DNA of 49,721 bases, from NCBI GenBank assembly GCA_030594675.1, contig JAUVES010000001.1:1-49721 (forward strand), written 5' to 3'. This document shows positions 35,448 to 43,997 of this stretch, in pieces. The stretch comes from Candidatus Nanohaloarchaea archaeon. GTDB lineage: Archaea > EX4484-52 > GLR71. A program made the position numbers and the translations under genes. Each line of letters starts with the position of its first letter. Positions within the stretch are counted from its first letter, which is position 1. The notes below the pieces were generated by a model that saw nothing but the letters and a program-made list of their open reading frames with translations, had not been told where the DNA came from and did no database searches.

Positions 35448-35761
35448 GGATAAGCACTCCCAACCTGAAAACTGACATTTCCAGTATCTGAATATCCTAT
35501 AATAGATTGGTACTGAGCTACCGAAACCCCAGACCTTTCAATATTACCATTAGCTCTTAGAATCGTATCATACTCATTATATTCAGCAGCTTTTAAATCC
35601 TCTAAATTTCCGGCAGTTACCGCTAATCTAATATGCACATCAAAACTATTACGATTACAGATGCGAATGTTAACATTAAAAGCTCGGCCACCAGGCGCTT
35701 GATAAATAAGCGTATCTACACCTGCTTCAATATCAACAGCTGCTAAAAGTCCACTAGGCAT
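35444..35761 (-). CDS. Virion accessory protein
   Basis: ICNRN...EYD...ERSG...VSFQV motif. Confidence 0.6.
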   Translation of the reverse strand: MPSGLLAAVDIEAGVDTLIYQAPGGRAFNVNIRICNRNSFDVHIRLAVTAGNLEDLKAAEYNEYDTILRANGNIERSGVSVAQYQSIIGYSDTGNVSFQVGSAYP

Positions 35762-35770
35762 TCTTTCTCC

Positions 35771-35793
35771 CTTTGTTCAAAAATCGAACGTAG
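35771..35793. repeat. 23-bp palindrome, copy 13 (CTTTGTTC AAAAATC GAACGTAG)
   Basis: Consensus match; intergenic. Confidence 0.9.
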
Positions 35794-36219
35794 TTATGAT
35801 AAGCGAAACTCAATCGAGGATATCGTGGCCGTACCTCCGTCCGCCTGTGTTTGATCTCCACCGAAGTCTATATAGCCTACTATCGGATCATCAGCTGCTG
35901 TGTCATCATAGATAATAGCTCCAGGTGAAGGTCCAATACTTCCACCAGCTGCATTCCAAGTAGTATTATTCCACGTTACCTCAGTTCGATCATCAGTATC
36001 ATCTTCAACCACTCCTACGCCAGCCAAAGTATTTCCACCTGCAGTATAGCCGTTAGCAGTTGCCAGTTCATTGCCACTTATATCTGCATAACCATGATGT
36101 GTATCTTTATTAAACGTAAAGCCAGTTGCCATCAAAGCAATCTTAAACACATCATTTGCAAAGTCAATGACTTTTGTAGCAAGTAAATATTTGATCTTAT
36201 TCGAAGCTTCTGTTGCCAT
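35794..36219 (-). CDS. Tail/fibre-associated structural protein
   Basis: FKIALM...ELATANGYTAGGNTL...AIIYDDT...YIDFG motifs. Confidence 0.65.
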   Translation of the reverse strand: MATEASNKIKYLLATKVIDFANDVFKIALMATGFTFNKDTHHGYADISGNELATANGYTAGGNTLAGVGVVEDDTDDRTEVTWNNTTWNAAGGSIGPSPGAIIYDDTAADDPIVGYIDFGGDQTQADGGTATISSIEFRLS

Positions 36220-36237
36220 TAGTTTTCTCCTTCTTAT

Positions 36238-38601
36238 TTATATTCTAAGTGCCATTGTATGATACTGCCCACAAACTACAAATTTCCAAAAATCTGTACC
36301 TCTGTCAGGAATGGACTGAGTTATGACATCAAATTCATTTCTATCTGTTCCAACCCCACTACTGCTTATTGCCAGTTGTCCAGTAGAGTTTCTTCCAGTA
36401 CTTCTAAGATTCGCAACCTTTACGCCAAGTGAGTGAGAATAGCCACCGCTAAAAGTTGGCAAGTCATAATGAGTAATAGTTTTCCAACCACTAGAAATCT
36501 CTGTAAAAACATTAACATTAATATTATCTGCCAAACCTAGTTGTCCATAATCATTCTCACCAGCTCCATAAAGCCTGCCGTTTGTCTTTACTGCCAGCGT
36601 AAACTCGGCTCCACATTCTACGTTAAGCCAATCAGCATCACTGCCAACCTGAGTCCAGACAAGTCTATGTACGTTGTCGCCTAAGCCAAGTTGCCCCTCG
36701 TCATTCCTTCCCGTTGTCCAAAGTGTTCCGTCAGACCTGACGGCTGCAGAATGTCAATTACCTAGCGAGCACTGTTTCCAACCAGTACCATCTGTCAAAG
36801 TATAAACATTCCTATCTACCTCATCACCAAGTCCAAGTCTTCCCTTTGTTGATCCACTATTTTGACCCACTCCGTACATAGTGCCATCAGTTTTAATAGC
36901 CAGAGAACTGTTACCACCAATAGCTAGAAAAGCCCAATCAGAATCTCCACCAGATTCTTGTACAAAATCATAAACAGTTGTTTCATCCCCAACTCCAAGT
37001 TGTCCATAATAATTATAACCAGTTGCCCAAATAGTACCATTCATTTTAAGCACTGCTGAATGTTGATAACCAGTCGCTACCATAGAACAGAGATCAGACA
37101 TAATTTCAGCCAAACTATAAAGTAACTGACTAGCTCCAGCTCCCTGAGCTAACTGACCAGTATTATTTCTACCGACTCCCCAGACAGTTCGATCTTCCTT
37201 AAGAGCAACTGTGTGTTCTTTATAAGTATCTACAGCTAACCACGTATGCTCATTACAAAGTGTCAGTTCCTCAACTATACTTTGATCTCCTATCCCAACC
37301 TGACCTCTGTAAGAATATCCAACTACATAAAGAATTCCATCTGCTTTCAATGCGAGATTATGATACCAGCCAGCAACCGTAGCAGAGAAAGATCCGGCAA
37401 CCTCATACAACGTTGTCCTAAAACCATCATAATCTCCAGAACCTAACTCTCCATAATAATTAGCTCCAGTGACCCAAGTTGCCTCAGATACTTTAATAAC
37501 AGTTGTAGTATTAACTCCACAATCTACAGAAGCCCAATCACTGTCTGAGCCAATCTGAGTAAAAGAATCGACACTGACAGTTGCCCCAAGACCTATCTGC
37601 CCCTTAGAATTATCACCAGTCCCCCACAAAGTTTCAGCTATTTTAATCGCCACTGTAAAGAAAGAGCCACAAGAAACTTTCTTCCATCCAGTCCCAACTA
37701 AGGTAAAAACCGTCTTATGATCGTAAGCAGTGAAGCCTAACTCTCCATAAGGATTGTAACCAGTCGTATAAAGACTTCCATCGTCTTTGATAATTGCTGA
37801 ATGAAGTTCTCCACAAGCACAACTAGCATGATCAACATCTACTCCAATTTGAGTAAAAGTATCAACACTTACAACTGCGCCCATACCAAGCTGACCAACA
37901 GAATTATCTCCAGATCCCCAAAGTGTCCCATCTGTCTTAATAATCAAAGCGTGATCAGGGCCACAATCAATACTTTCAAAATCAGCCAACGCAACTTGAG
38001 TAAAAGAAGTTCTCTGAGCAATATCTCCTAAACCTAACTGACCACTAGTATTCTTTCCTGTAGTCCAAATCTCTCCACCAGTATTAATAGCAAAGGTATA
38101 ATAAGCTCCACAATGAACACTTACCCAGTCAGTATCAGCACCAACCTGAGTTAAAACATACCTAGCATCTGTATCTCCTAATCCCAACTGTCCATTAGAA
38201 TTATAACCAGTTACCCACAGAGTTCCATCAGCCTTAACAGCTGCTGAGTGATAGAATCCAGCTGCCATAGAAGTCCAAATATCAACTGAAACAGGAGTAT
38301 AAAAGATAGTTCCAACTTGATAATCTTCTATCCCCAGTTGACTATATTCGTTAGCTCCACAAGCATAAAGATTCCCCTCAAAATCTTCAGAACTTCCTAC
38401 AGGTCCTTTAAACCAATAGCCACACCAAGGATAATGCTCAGGCGTAACAGGAGTCTTGCCAATCTTATCTGCAAAAAAGGCGTCTCCCCATACAGGATCT
38501 TCTCGACTACTAATCAGATTTCCCTCATTATAATAAGGTTTATCAGGTTGATCAGAGAAGTCCCAAGGACCTTCATCTTTATTATCATCTATCCACGACA
38601 T
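36238..38601 (-). CDS. RCC1/BLIP-II repeat protein (14 repeats; 787 codons with an in-frame TGA at codon 616), putative receptor-binding protein
   Basis: 11 GxNxxGQLG-type repeats before and 3 after the TGA at 36754-36756, all in one frame up to the TAA at 36238. Confidence 0.85.
36728..36743 (-). promoter_or_regulatory. SECIS-like hairpin CCGUCA-GGUC-UGACGG
   Basis: Begins 10 nt after the in-frame UGA; the loop starts 16 nt after UGA with GG. Confidence 0.45.
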
Positions 38602-39153
38602 CTAAGTCCAATCTCCATGCTGAGTCACAGTTATAGGTATTACTTCGCCACCGAAAGCTACTCCGGTCGCACTAACAGTTACGTCAGGAGCTCCAACTAA
38701 AACTTGTCCATTAAAGTTACAAATAGCTCTTGCTGTTGGCAAATCAAACGTCTCACTATAAGCCTTGCTTCCAGCATCTCTGACAACAGCTACCCTTTGA
38801 TTACTCATATAAACGTAGTCAAAAAAATCAACTACTTTCCAGGCAAATCCAGCAGTTACAGTTAGCTTCAAAACTAACGAACTTCCATCCCATTCATAAA
38901 TCTTAGTCTGTCCACAGACAATAATAATATTAGTAAATACAAAAAGCTGAGGAAATGGAAAACCTTCATCAACGGAAGCATCAAGTCTCGTAAGTTCATC
39001 TAAAACCTGCAAAACTCCGTCTCTACCAACTGCACCAGAACAATTAACCATAAAGCCGCTATTACGAGGATCACGTTTAGATCTGCGAAGACCCTTTGAA
39101 ATCTGACTCGTTTTTATGACATGAGAAAATCTTCCACCACTGGAAACATCCAT
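38602..39153 (-). CDS. Tail nozzle-like protein, N-terminal part
   Basis: Beta-propeller-like; ends ICNFNGQVLVG...; lies two genes downstream of the adaptor. Confidence 0.5.
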   Translation of the reverse strand: MDVSSGGRFSHVIKTSQISKGLRRSKRDPRNSGFMVNCSGAVGRDGVLQVLDELTRLDASVDEGFPFPQLFVFTNIIIVCGQTKIYEWDGSSLVLKLTVTAGFAWKVVDFFDYVYMSNQRVAVVRDAGSKAYSETFDLPTARAICNFNGQVLVGAPDVTVSATGVAFGGEVIPITVTQHGDWT

Positions 39154-39527
39154 TACAAATCTCCATAAGAGTTAGAATTAGAATCTAGACCACCATCTAC
39201 ATTAGAAAAATCTCTATTAAATTTTGGAGAAATATCCTTGACATCCATCTTAACTATTGTAGAAATTCTTTTCTTAATCTCCGGTATAGACTTTTCCAAA
39301 ATCTCTTTATAATCAACTGTCGGATCTTGCCCTTCAATCATCTCGATCACTGAAACAACTGCATCTTTATGATCTTTAAACTCTGGATGATCTTTATAAA
39401 ACTTACTATTTATTTTAGTCATAGCCACATGATTAGTCATCATATTGCCAACAACTTCAGGAATCATCAAAAGAGCTTTTTCAACTGCCATATCTATAAT
39501 TTCCTGTTTTTCTTTTTCTGTAAGCAT
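39153..39527 (-). CDS. Hypothetical protein resembling the scaffold C-terminal domain
   Basis: KFYKDHPEF...DPTVDYKEIL versus scaffold EFYGANPEL...SPDKSFKDVL. Confidence 0.55.
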   Translation of the reverse strand: MLTEKEKQEIIDMAVEKALLMIPEVVGNMMTNHVAMTKINSKFYKDHPEFKDHKDAVVSVIEMIEGQDPTVDYKEILEKSIPEIKKRISTIVKMDVKDISPKFNRDFSNVDGGLDSNSNSYGDL

Positions 39528-39529
39528 CT

Positions 39530-40243
39530 TTACCCCTTTATCTGATTAATGTCTGAGATCATCTCATCCACACTGTCTTTGTCAATTCCTTCAAGATCTG
39601 CATAAATAGCCTTAAGCCAGTTCGCTGCGTCATTATGATCTCTTTGAAACGTCGCCAGTTGGTGCATAGCAGCCTTAACAAGCGTCTCAGGCCAGTTCGA
39701 TGTCCAGTAGCTAGTAGAAGAATCTCGACTAAGATCTTCCGAATAAAACAATCCTTGGATTTCAACTACCACACTTTCGTCAGGAACTCCAAGAATAATA
39801 ATACCCCTCAACTCATTACTGCCATCTTCGGTATAATTAAAGAAAACTCCCAGATCATCTTGATCAATATTATCACTAGATCTCAATTTTGCAGGACAAT
39901 AATAAAGAGGAGTCCCCTGATCAGTCGTAGATACCAACCCTGAGTATTCCTCGTAAAGCCAGCTCATAGGCTTTTTTTCAAGTTCTGACCTACCCTCAGT
40001 GTTGTTAATCCAAACTTCTCTGATCGACCTACACTTAGAAAATGTCACATACCATTCTCCAGCAGCAAGTCTTGTAAATACTGAGTTATAACTTTTCGGA
40101 GTATCTCTCAGACGATCTAAGAAATTCTGTCCCGCTTGAATATAAAAATCTGCACCATTGTCTACCCAGTCAGTTTGATTAACAACCAGATCATAACGAC
40201 CTGAGATTTTTACAAATTGAGTTCTAAGTTCTAGGAGATTCAT
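39530..40243 (-). CDS. Head-tail adaptor / tail tubular protein A-like
   Basis: MNLLELR start, GTPLYY, WPETLVKAA; located after the capsid gene. Confidence 0.65.
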   Translation of the reverse strand: MNLLELRTQFVKISGRYDLVVNQTDWVDNGADFYIQAGQNFLDRLRDTPKSYNSVFTRLAAGEWYVTFSKCRSIREVWINNTEGRSELEKKPMSWLYEEYSGLVSTTDQGTPLYYCPAKLRSSDNIDQDDLGVFFNYTEDGSNELRGIIILGVPDESVVVEIQGLFYSEDLSRDSSTSYWTSNWPETLVKAAMHQLATFQRDHNDAANWLKAIYADLEGIDKDSVDEMISDINQIKG

Positions 40244-40397
40244 GAACAGATTCCTTTAATTTATATTGAACTATTTTAAAACCATTCCAATAACCTCGAC
40301 AAACTTTACGAGTATGAACTAATAAACGAATAAAATTAAAAAACTTATATCCCTTAGTTCGCTCAACTGGCCAGCCATATTTATCTAAAAATACCAT
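40224..40397 (-). CDS. Small hypothetical protein
   Basis: GGAG RBS before MVFLDKYG. Confidence 0.45.
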   Translation of the reverse strand: MVFLDKYGWPVERTKGYKFFNFIRLLVHTRKVCRGYWNGFKIVQYKLKESVHESPRT

Positions 40398-40402
40398 ATT
40401 AT

Positions 40403-40425
40403 CTCCATTCAAAATTTGAACAGAG
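40403..40425. repeat. 23-bp palindrome, copy 14 (CTCCATTC AAAATTT GAACAGAG; degenerate)
   Basis: One core deviation from the consensus. Confidence 0.7.
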
Positions 40426-40451
40426 AGGCGGAACAATTAAGCTCCGCCTCT
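40423..40451 (-). terminator. Hairpin terminator after the major capsid gene
   Basis: AGAGGCGGAGC-TTAATT-GTTCCGCCTCT on the minus strand; weak U-tract. Confidence 0.65.
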
Positions 40452-40471
40452 ATTTAAATTAAAACTTAATC

Positions 40472-41758
40472 CTAAGGAGTGCCATTGTCACTACCGAAGC
40501 CACTCAAGAATCCCGTTTTTGCATAGTGATGGAACTCTAACCCACACTCAGTCAGATACTCTTCATCAGTTCCATCAATACGATTTCTACCAGTGTTTTG
40601 CTTATCTGGATCAGCATAGAAAGTCGTATCGTCAATGTAGCGATAACGAAGATCAGCAGGATCAAAGATAACCATACAATTCCGGTTAGTTACCTCATAA
40701 GAGAACAACGGATGAATCTTAATATGGATAGTTCCAAAAGGAGTCACCCAGCTCTTTACCTGAATACCATAGTCCATTGTTGCCGAGGTAAAATCAAAAT
40801 TACCATACTCCTTAACCAGTTTGTTAATGGCAAGAACTACGCCCGAGCCAGCAAATGCCATTCGATCCTGAGAACCATAACGAAAAATAGTTTCAAGTTG
40901 AACATCAAGCCATTCCTCACCACTACTAAGCCACGAAGTGTCAGTAAAGTCAGTGTCAGTTGTAAAGTCACTAACATTACCACTGTTGTCAATAACAGTT
41001 CTGCAAAGACCCGCAGTCGTCCTTTCCGGCTTACCGTTGTCACCAGTACCCTCAGTTCTAATCCCCCACAGAAACGCCTTTTCCATCTCAACTGAATGAA
41101 GTTCCAACGCCTCACGTTTAGCTTCACGGTACTGATCGCCAGTACGCAGTTTGGTCTTACGAGCAGTTCGTGTAATACTCAGAGGAGTTCTGAAAATCTG
41201 AGTATAATTGTAATGCTTTGTAGGATCATATGCAACTGCCTGAGGCATAGTTCCACCTTCAGGATTGATTGAGCCGATGATAAGAATACGATCACAATCT
41301 GCAATACCTGTCGTAGTCGGATCAGCTTCCAAAAGCTTTACTGCAATATAACTGCTAGCCCCATTTAAGACAACACTAGTAACCTTAGCATTTGTATCAT
41401 CTGCAAAATTATCAGTATTTCTAAGCAGAACTTGATGACCAGTCCGAAACTCCTTGCAAGCAGCCTCAGTACCAATATTACAGTAAAGAGTATCTCCAGC
41501 AACTCCACCAGTTGTATATTCAGTAGTAGCAAGGGTTGCCAATTTCCACACACTTACAACTGTCGCAGCCTGGCCTGCTAGACTCTTTGTCCACCAGTTA
41601 AACTCAGGATCATCAACAGATTCATTTTTCATCATAGAAAGTATTGCAGTTAACGGAGCATCTCCGTTTGGATAAAGTTGCAATATTTTCTCTCTCCAAT
41701 TTTTAGGTCGCTGGTCAGTTACCCAGTCGCCATTACCTCTCATTCCGAGAAAAGCCAT
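40472..41758 (-). CDS. Major capsid protein (SU10/DUF5309-like)
   Basis: NYTQIFRTPLSITRTA, EMEKAFLWG, TPFG and LTECGLE motifs; 428 aa, downstream of the scaffold. Confidence 0.88.
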   Translation of the reverse strand: MAFLGMRGNGDWVTDQRPKNWREKILQLYPNGDAPLTAILSMMKNESVDDPEFNWWTKSLAGQAATVVSVWKLATLATTEYTTGGVAGDTLYCNIGTEAACKEFRTGHQVLLRNTDNFADDTNAKVTSVVLNGASSYIAVKLLEADPTTTGIADCDRILIIGSINPEGGTMPQAVAYDPTKHYNYTQIFRTPLSITRTARKTKLRTGDQYREAKREALELHSVEMEKAFLWGIRTEGTGDNGKPERTTAGLCRTVIDNSGNVSDFTTDTDFTDTSWLSSGEEWLDVQLETIFRYGSQDRMAFAGSGVVLAINKLVKEYGNFDFTSATMDYGIQVKSWVTPFGTIHIKIHPLFSYEVTNRNCMVIFDPADLRYRYIDDTTFYADPDKQNTGRNRIDGTDEEYLTECGLEFHHYAKTGFLSGFGSDNGTP

Positions 41759-41791
41759 TTTATATCTCCCTTCAAAAGTTAATTGTTAATT

Positions 41792-42385
41792 TTAAGCTGC
41801 TGCCAGAATTCCTCCTAAAGACGAATATTGACAATACCAATTAATCTGTCCCGTTGAAGTATCTCCATAAACAACCTCTATATCTCCAGGCATAAGAATA
41901 ACCCCTGGAGCTTGAATATCAGTAGCCTCCATCGCATCCAACAGGGCTATAATAGCCTCACTGAAATCCTTTGTCCAACGATAGAGAGTTCCAGTTGCAT
42001 CTCCAGTCGCATCTAAACCAGCACTAGAAAGATCTACATTAGTTCCACCATCAGTTGGATCTAGAATAAGCTTAATAGTCGTTGCCTGTGCTTGAATCAG
42101 CGTCGTAGTTACAACTCCAAAGATCTCATGAACCATAACAGGACCTCCAGTAATAGTCCAAAGACTCATAGAAGCCAGTGGCGAAACATCAGTAGTACCA
42201 GCAATAAATTCCTTTACCTCACCACCAACAAGCTGTTTCAAATAAGCCATCAGCGTCTCTGTCTCAGAAACTGCCCCAACAGCAGCTGCATCTTTCTTAT
42301 TTCCCACGACCTGATTCATGAAACTATTTGCAGTATTATCTGCAGCAGGCCTTCTCAGTCTATCTAATCCTCTTCCCAGTCCCAT
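41792..42385 (-). CDS. Putative capsid decoration / virion protein
   Basis: Beta-rich ORF between the scaffold and the capsid gene. Confidence 0.5.
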   Translation of the reverse strand: MGLGRGLDRLRRPAADNTANSFMNQVVGNKKDAAAVGAVSETETLMAYLKQLVGGEVKEFIAGTTDVSPLASMSLWTITGGPVMVHEIFGVVTTTLIQAQATTIKLILDPTDGGTNVDLSSAGLDATGDATGTLYRWTKDFSEAIIALLDAMEATDIQAPGVILMPGDIEVVYGDTSTGQINWYCQYSSLGGILAAA

Positions 42386-42401
42386 TAGTTTACCATTATC
42401 C

Positions 42402-42424
42402 CTTCGTTCGATTTCCGAACATAG
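42402..42424. repeat. 23-bp palindrome, copy 15 (CTTCGTTC GATTTCC GAACATAG)
   Basis: Consensus match; intergenic. Confidence 0.9.
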
Positions 42425-42437
42425 TTGTTAAAAGTTC

Positions 42438-42812
42438 TTAAGCAACGCCATCAAGAATAGTTCGCCATTCTTTGCCAGTTGAAAACAGAATAATATGATC
42501 ATCATCTGCATCCATATCTCCATTAGTAGCAAGTTCAGATCCAGTCTCCTTCTCATAAAGAGAAAGATCGCCACCAGTCGCGCCAACAGGAGCACAGACA
42601 TAGTAGAACTTTCCAATTGCATCTGCTAGTGAAGGTAATGTTACTATTGCAACACCATCCCCACCAGCATCAGTTGTATCGACGATAAGAATCCTGTCAC
42701 TTGGCATCATAGAATATGTTAGACCTGCAGCTACTGACAAAACTAAATGTCTTGGCAGACCTTCCAAATCTAACTGTGTATCAAAATCACTTCCACTTAC
42801 TCGATTATCCAT
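42438..42812 (-). CDS. Putative virion protein
   Basis: IVTLPS...GK.Y...LFSTGKEW fibre-tip-like motif. Confidence 0.55.
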   Translation of the reverse strand: MDNRVSGSDFDTQLDLEGLPRHLVLSVAAGLTYSMMPSDRILIVDTTDAGGDGVAIVTLPSLADAIGKFYYVCAPVGATGGDLSLYEKETGSELATNGDMDADDDHIILFSTGKEWRTILDGVA

Positions 42813-42823
42813 CTTAAACCTCC

Positions 42824-43747
42824 TTATAATTCATCAAGTTGTTGTTGTAGTTTAGAGACCTTTCTCGCTTTCTTCCTCTGGCCTCCCTTTTGTTCTGCAA
42901 AAGCCGCATCTTCAGGTTTTGCAATCTTGGTTTTCTTAGCACTTTTAGGTATTCCAAGAGTCTTTCTGGCCGCCTCAGCAGCCATATTCAGAACATCCTT
43001 AAACGACTTATCAGGACTCTCCTGAACTATCTGAGATGCACATGCTTGAACTACTTGTCTTACATTACCAAGCTCAGGATTTGCACCATAGAATTCATCA
43101 ATCATGCTTTTTAACGCTATTGCACTATCAACTTGTGATGCAACAGTTTGAGAAACAGAAGAATCCACTGCAGCAGTTTGATCTTTACTTAAACTTTTTC
43201 CAGTCTCAATTCCCTTCTGAAGAACTTTATTCAAAAGTTCGTTCATAATCTCAGGTTTAGAAGCTACATCATCCATATCAAGTTCGCCAATAAAATCTTC
43301 AAAATCTGCAGTAGTTGTAATGGTTTCTTCAACTGCCTTTTCCTTAACAACCTCAGTCTTCACTAGAGCCTTAGTAACCAAAAGTCCACTTAGACGATCT
43401 ATCTCAGCTATCAAACCTTCTATTCTTTGCTGGCCATCCAAATCTTCAGACGCTTCTGACTCTGCTTCGCCTTCTTTAGTCTCTTCTGATCCCGCTTCCC
43501 CTGAAGTATCTGTTTCTTCTGACGTCTTTTCTCCAACACTTTCTTTTTCGCTATCTTCCTTCTCGCCATCAGATTCCTCCTCAGTTGTTTCAGTTTCAGT
43601 TTTAGCTTCATCAGAAGTTTCGTCAGAAGTTTCTTTATCATCAGAAGTATCTTCATCAGACTCCTCCTCATAAACTTCGCCAACGTCATTAACGTCATCA
43701 ATTTCGTCTAATTCTTCTTCAAGACTTTTTGTTACATCATCAGGCAT
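42824..43747 (-). CDS. Capsid scaffolding protein
   Basis: Highly acidic N-terminus; located between the portal and capsid genes. Confidence 0.75.
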   Translation of the reverse strand: MPDDVTKSLEEELDEIDDVNDVGEVYEEESDEDTSDDKETSDETSDEAKTETETTEEESDGEKEDSEKESVGEKTSEETDTSGEAGSEETKEGEAESEASEDLDGQQRIEGLIAEIDRLSGLLVTKALVKTEVVKEKAVEETITTTADFEDFIGELDMDDVASKPEIMNELLNKVLQKGIETGKSLSKDQTAAVDSSVSQTVASQVDSAIALKSMIDEFYGANPELGNVRQVVQACASQIVQESPDKSFKDVLNMAAEAARKTLGIPKSAKKTKIAKPEDAAFAEQKGGQRKKARKVSKLQQQLDEL

Positions 43748-43997
43748 CGTTGTTTCCTCCCATTTGATCTATATCATAATTAGTTAACATGACTTTTCTA
43801 AAATCCATAAAATTTCTTACTGCCTCAGCATTACCTCCAAGACGATCTAGAATTCTCGATGAAAACTCTCCATCGTTATTCTCAAGTTGCATGTGAACCT
43901 CTGAAAGCCATACTTCAAGTTCTTCCTTAATATCTTTCCAAATAACAGATGATTTGAAAAATTCATCAAGTTGGCCTCTTGTAGAATGATAACTCAT
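43740..43997 (-). CDS. Small protein following the portal
   Basis: 85 aa; translationally coupled to the portal. Confidence 0.65.
   Translation of the reverse strand: MSYHSTRGQLDEFFKSSVIWKDIKEELEVWLSEVHMQLENNDGEFSSRILDRLGGNAEAVRNFMDFRKVMLTNYDIDQMGGNNDA

Noticed and set aside
36238..36534. 98-aa ORF as an independent gene
   Set aside because: Its TTG start lies mid-repeat without a convincing RBS; it is the in-frame continuation of the RCC1 gene
36238..38601. Diversity-generating retroelement target
   Set aside because: No reverse transcriptase, and no template/variable repeat pair was seen
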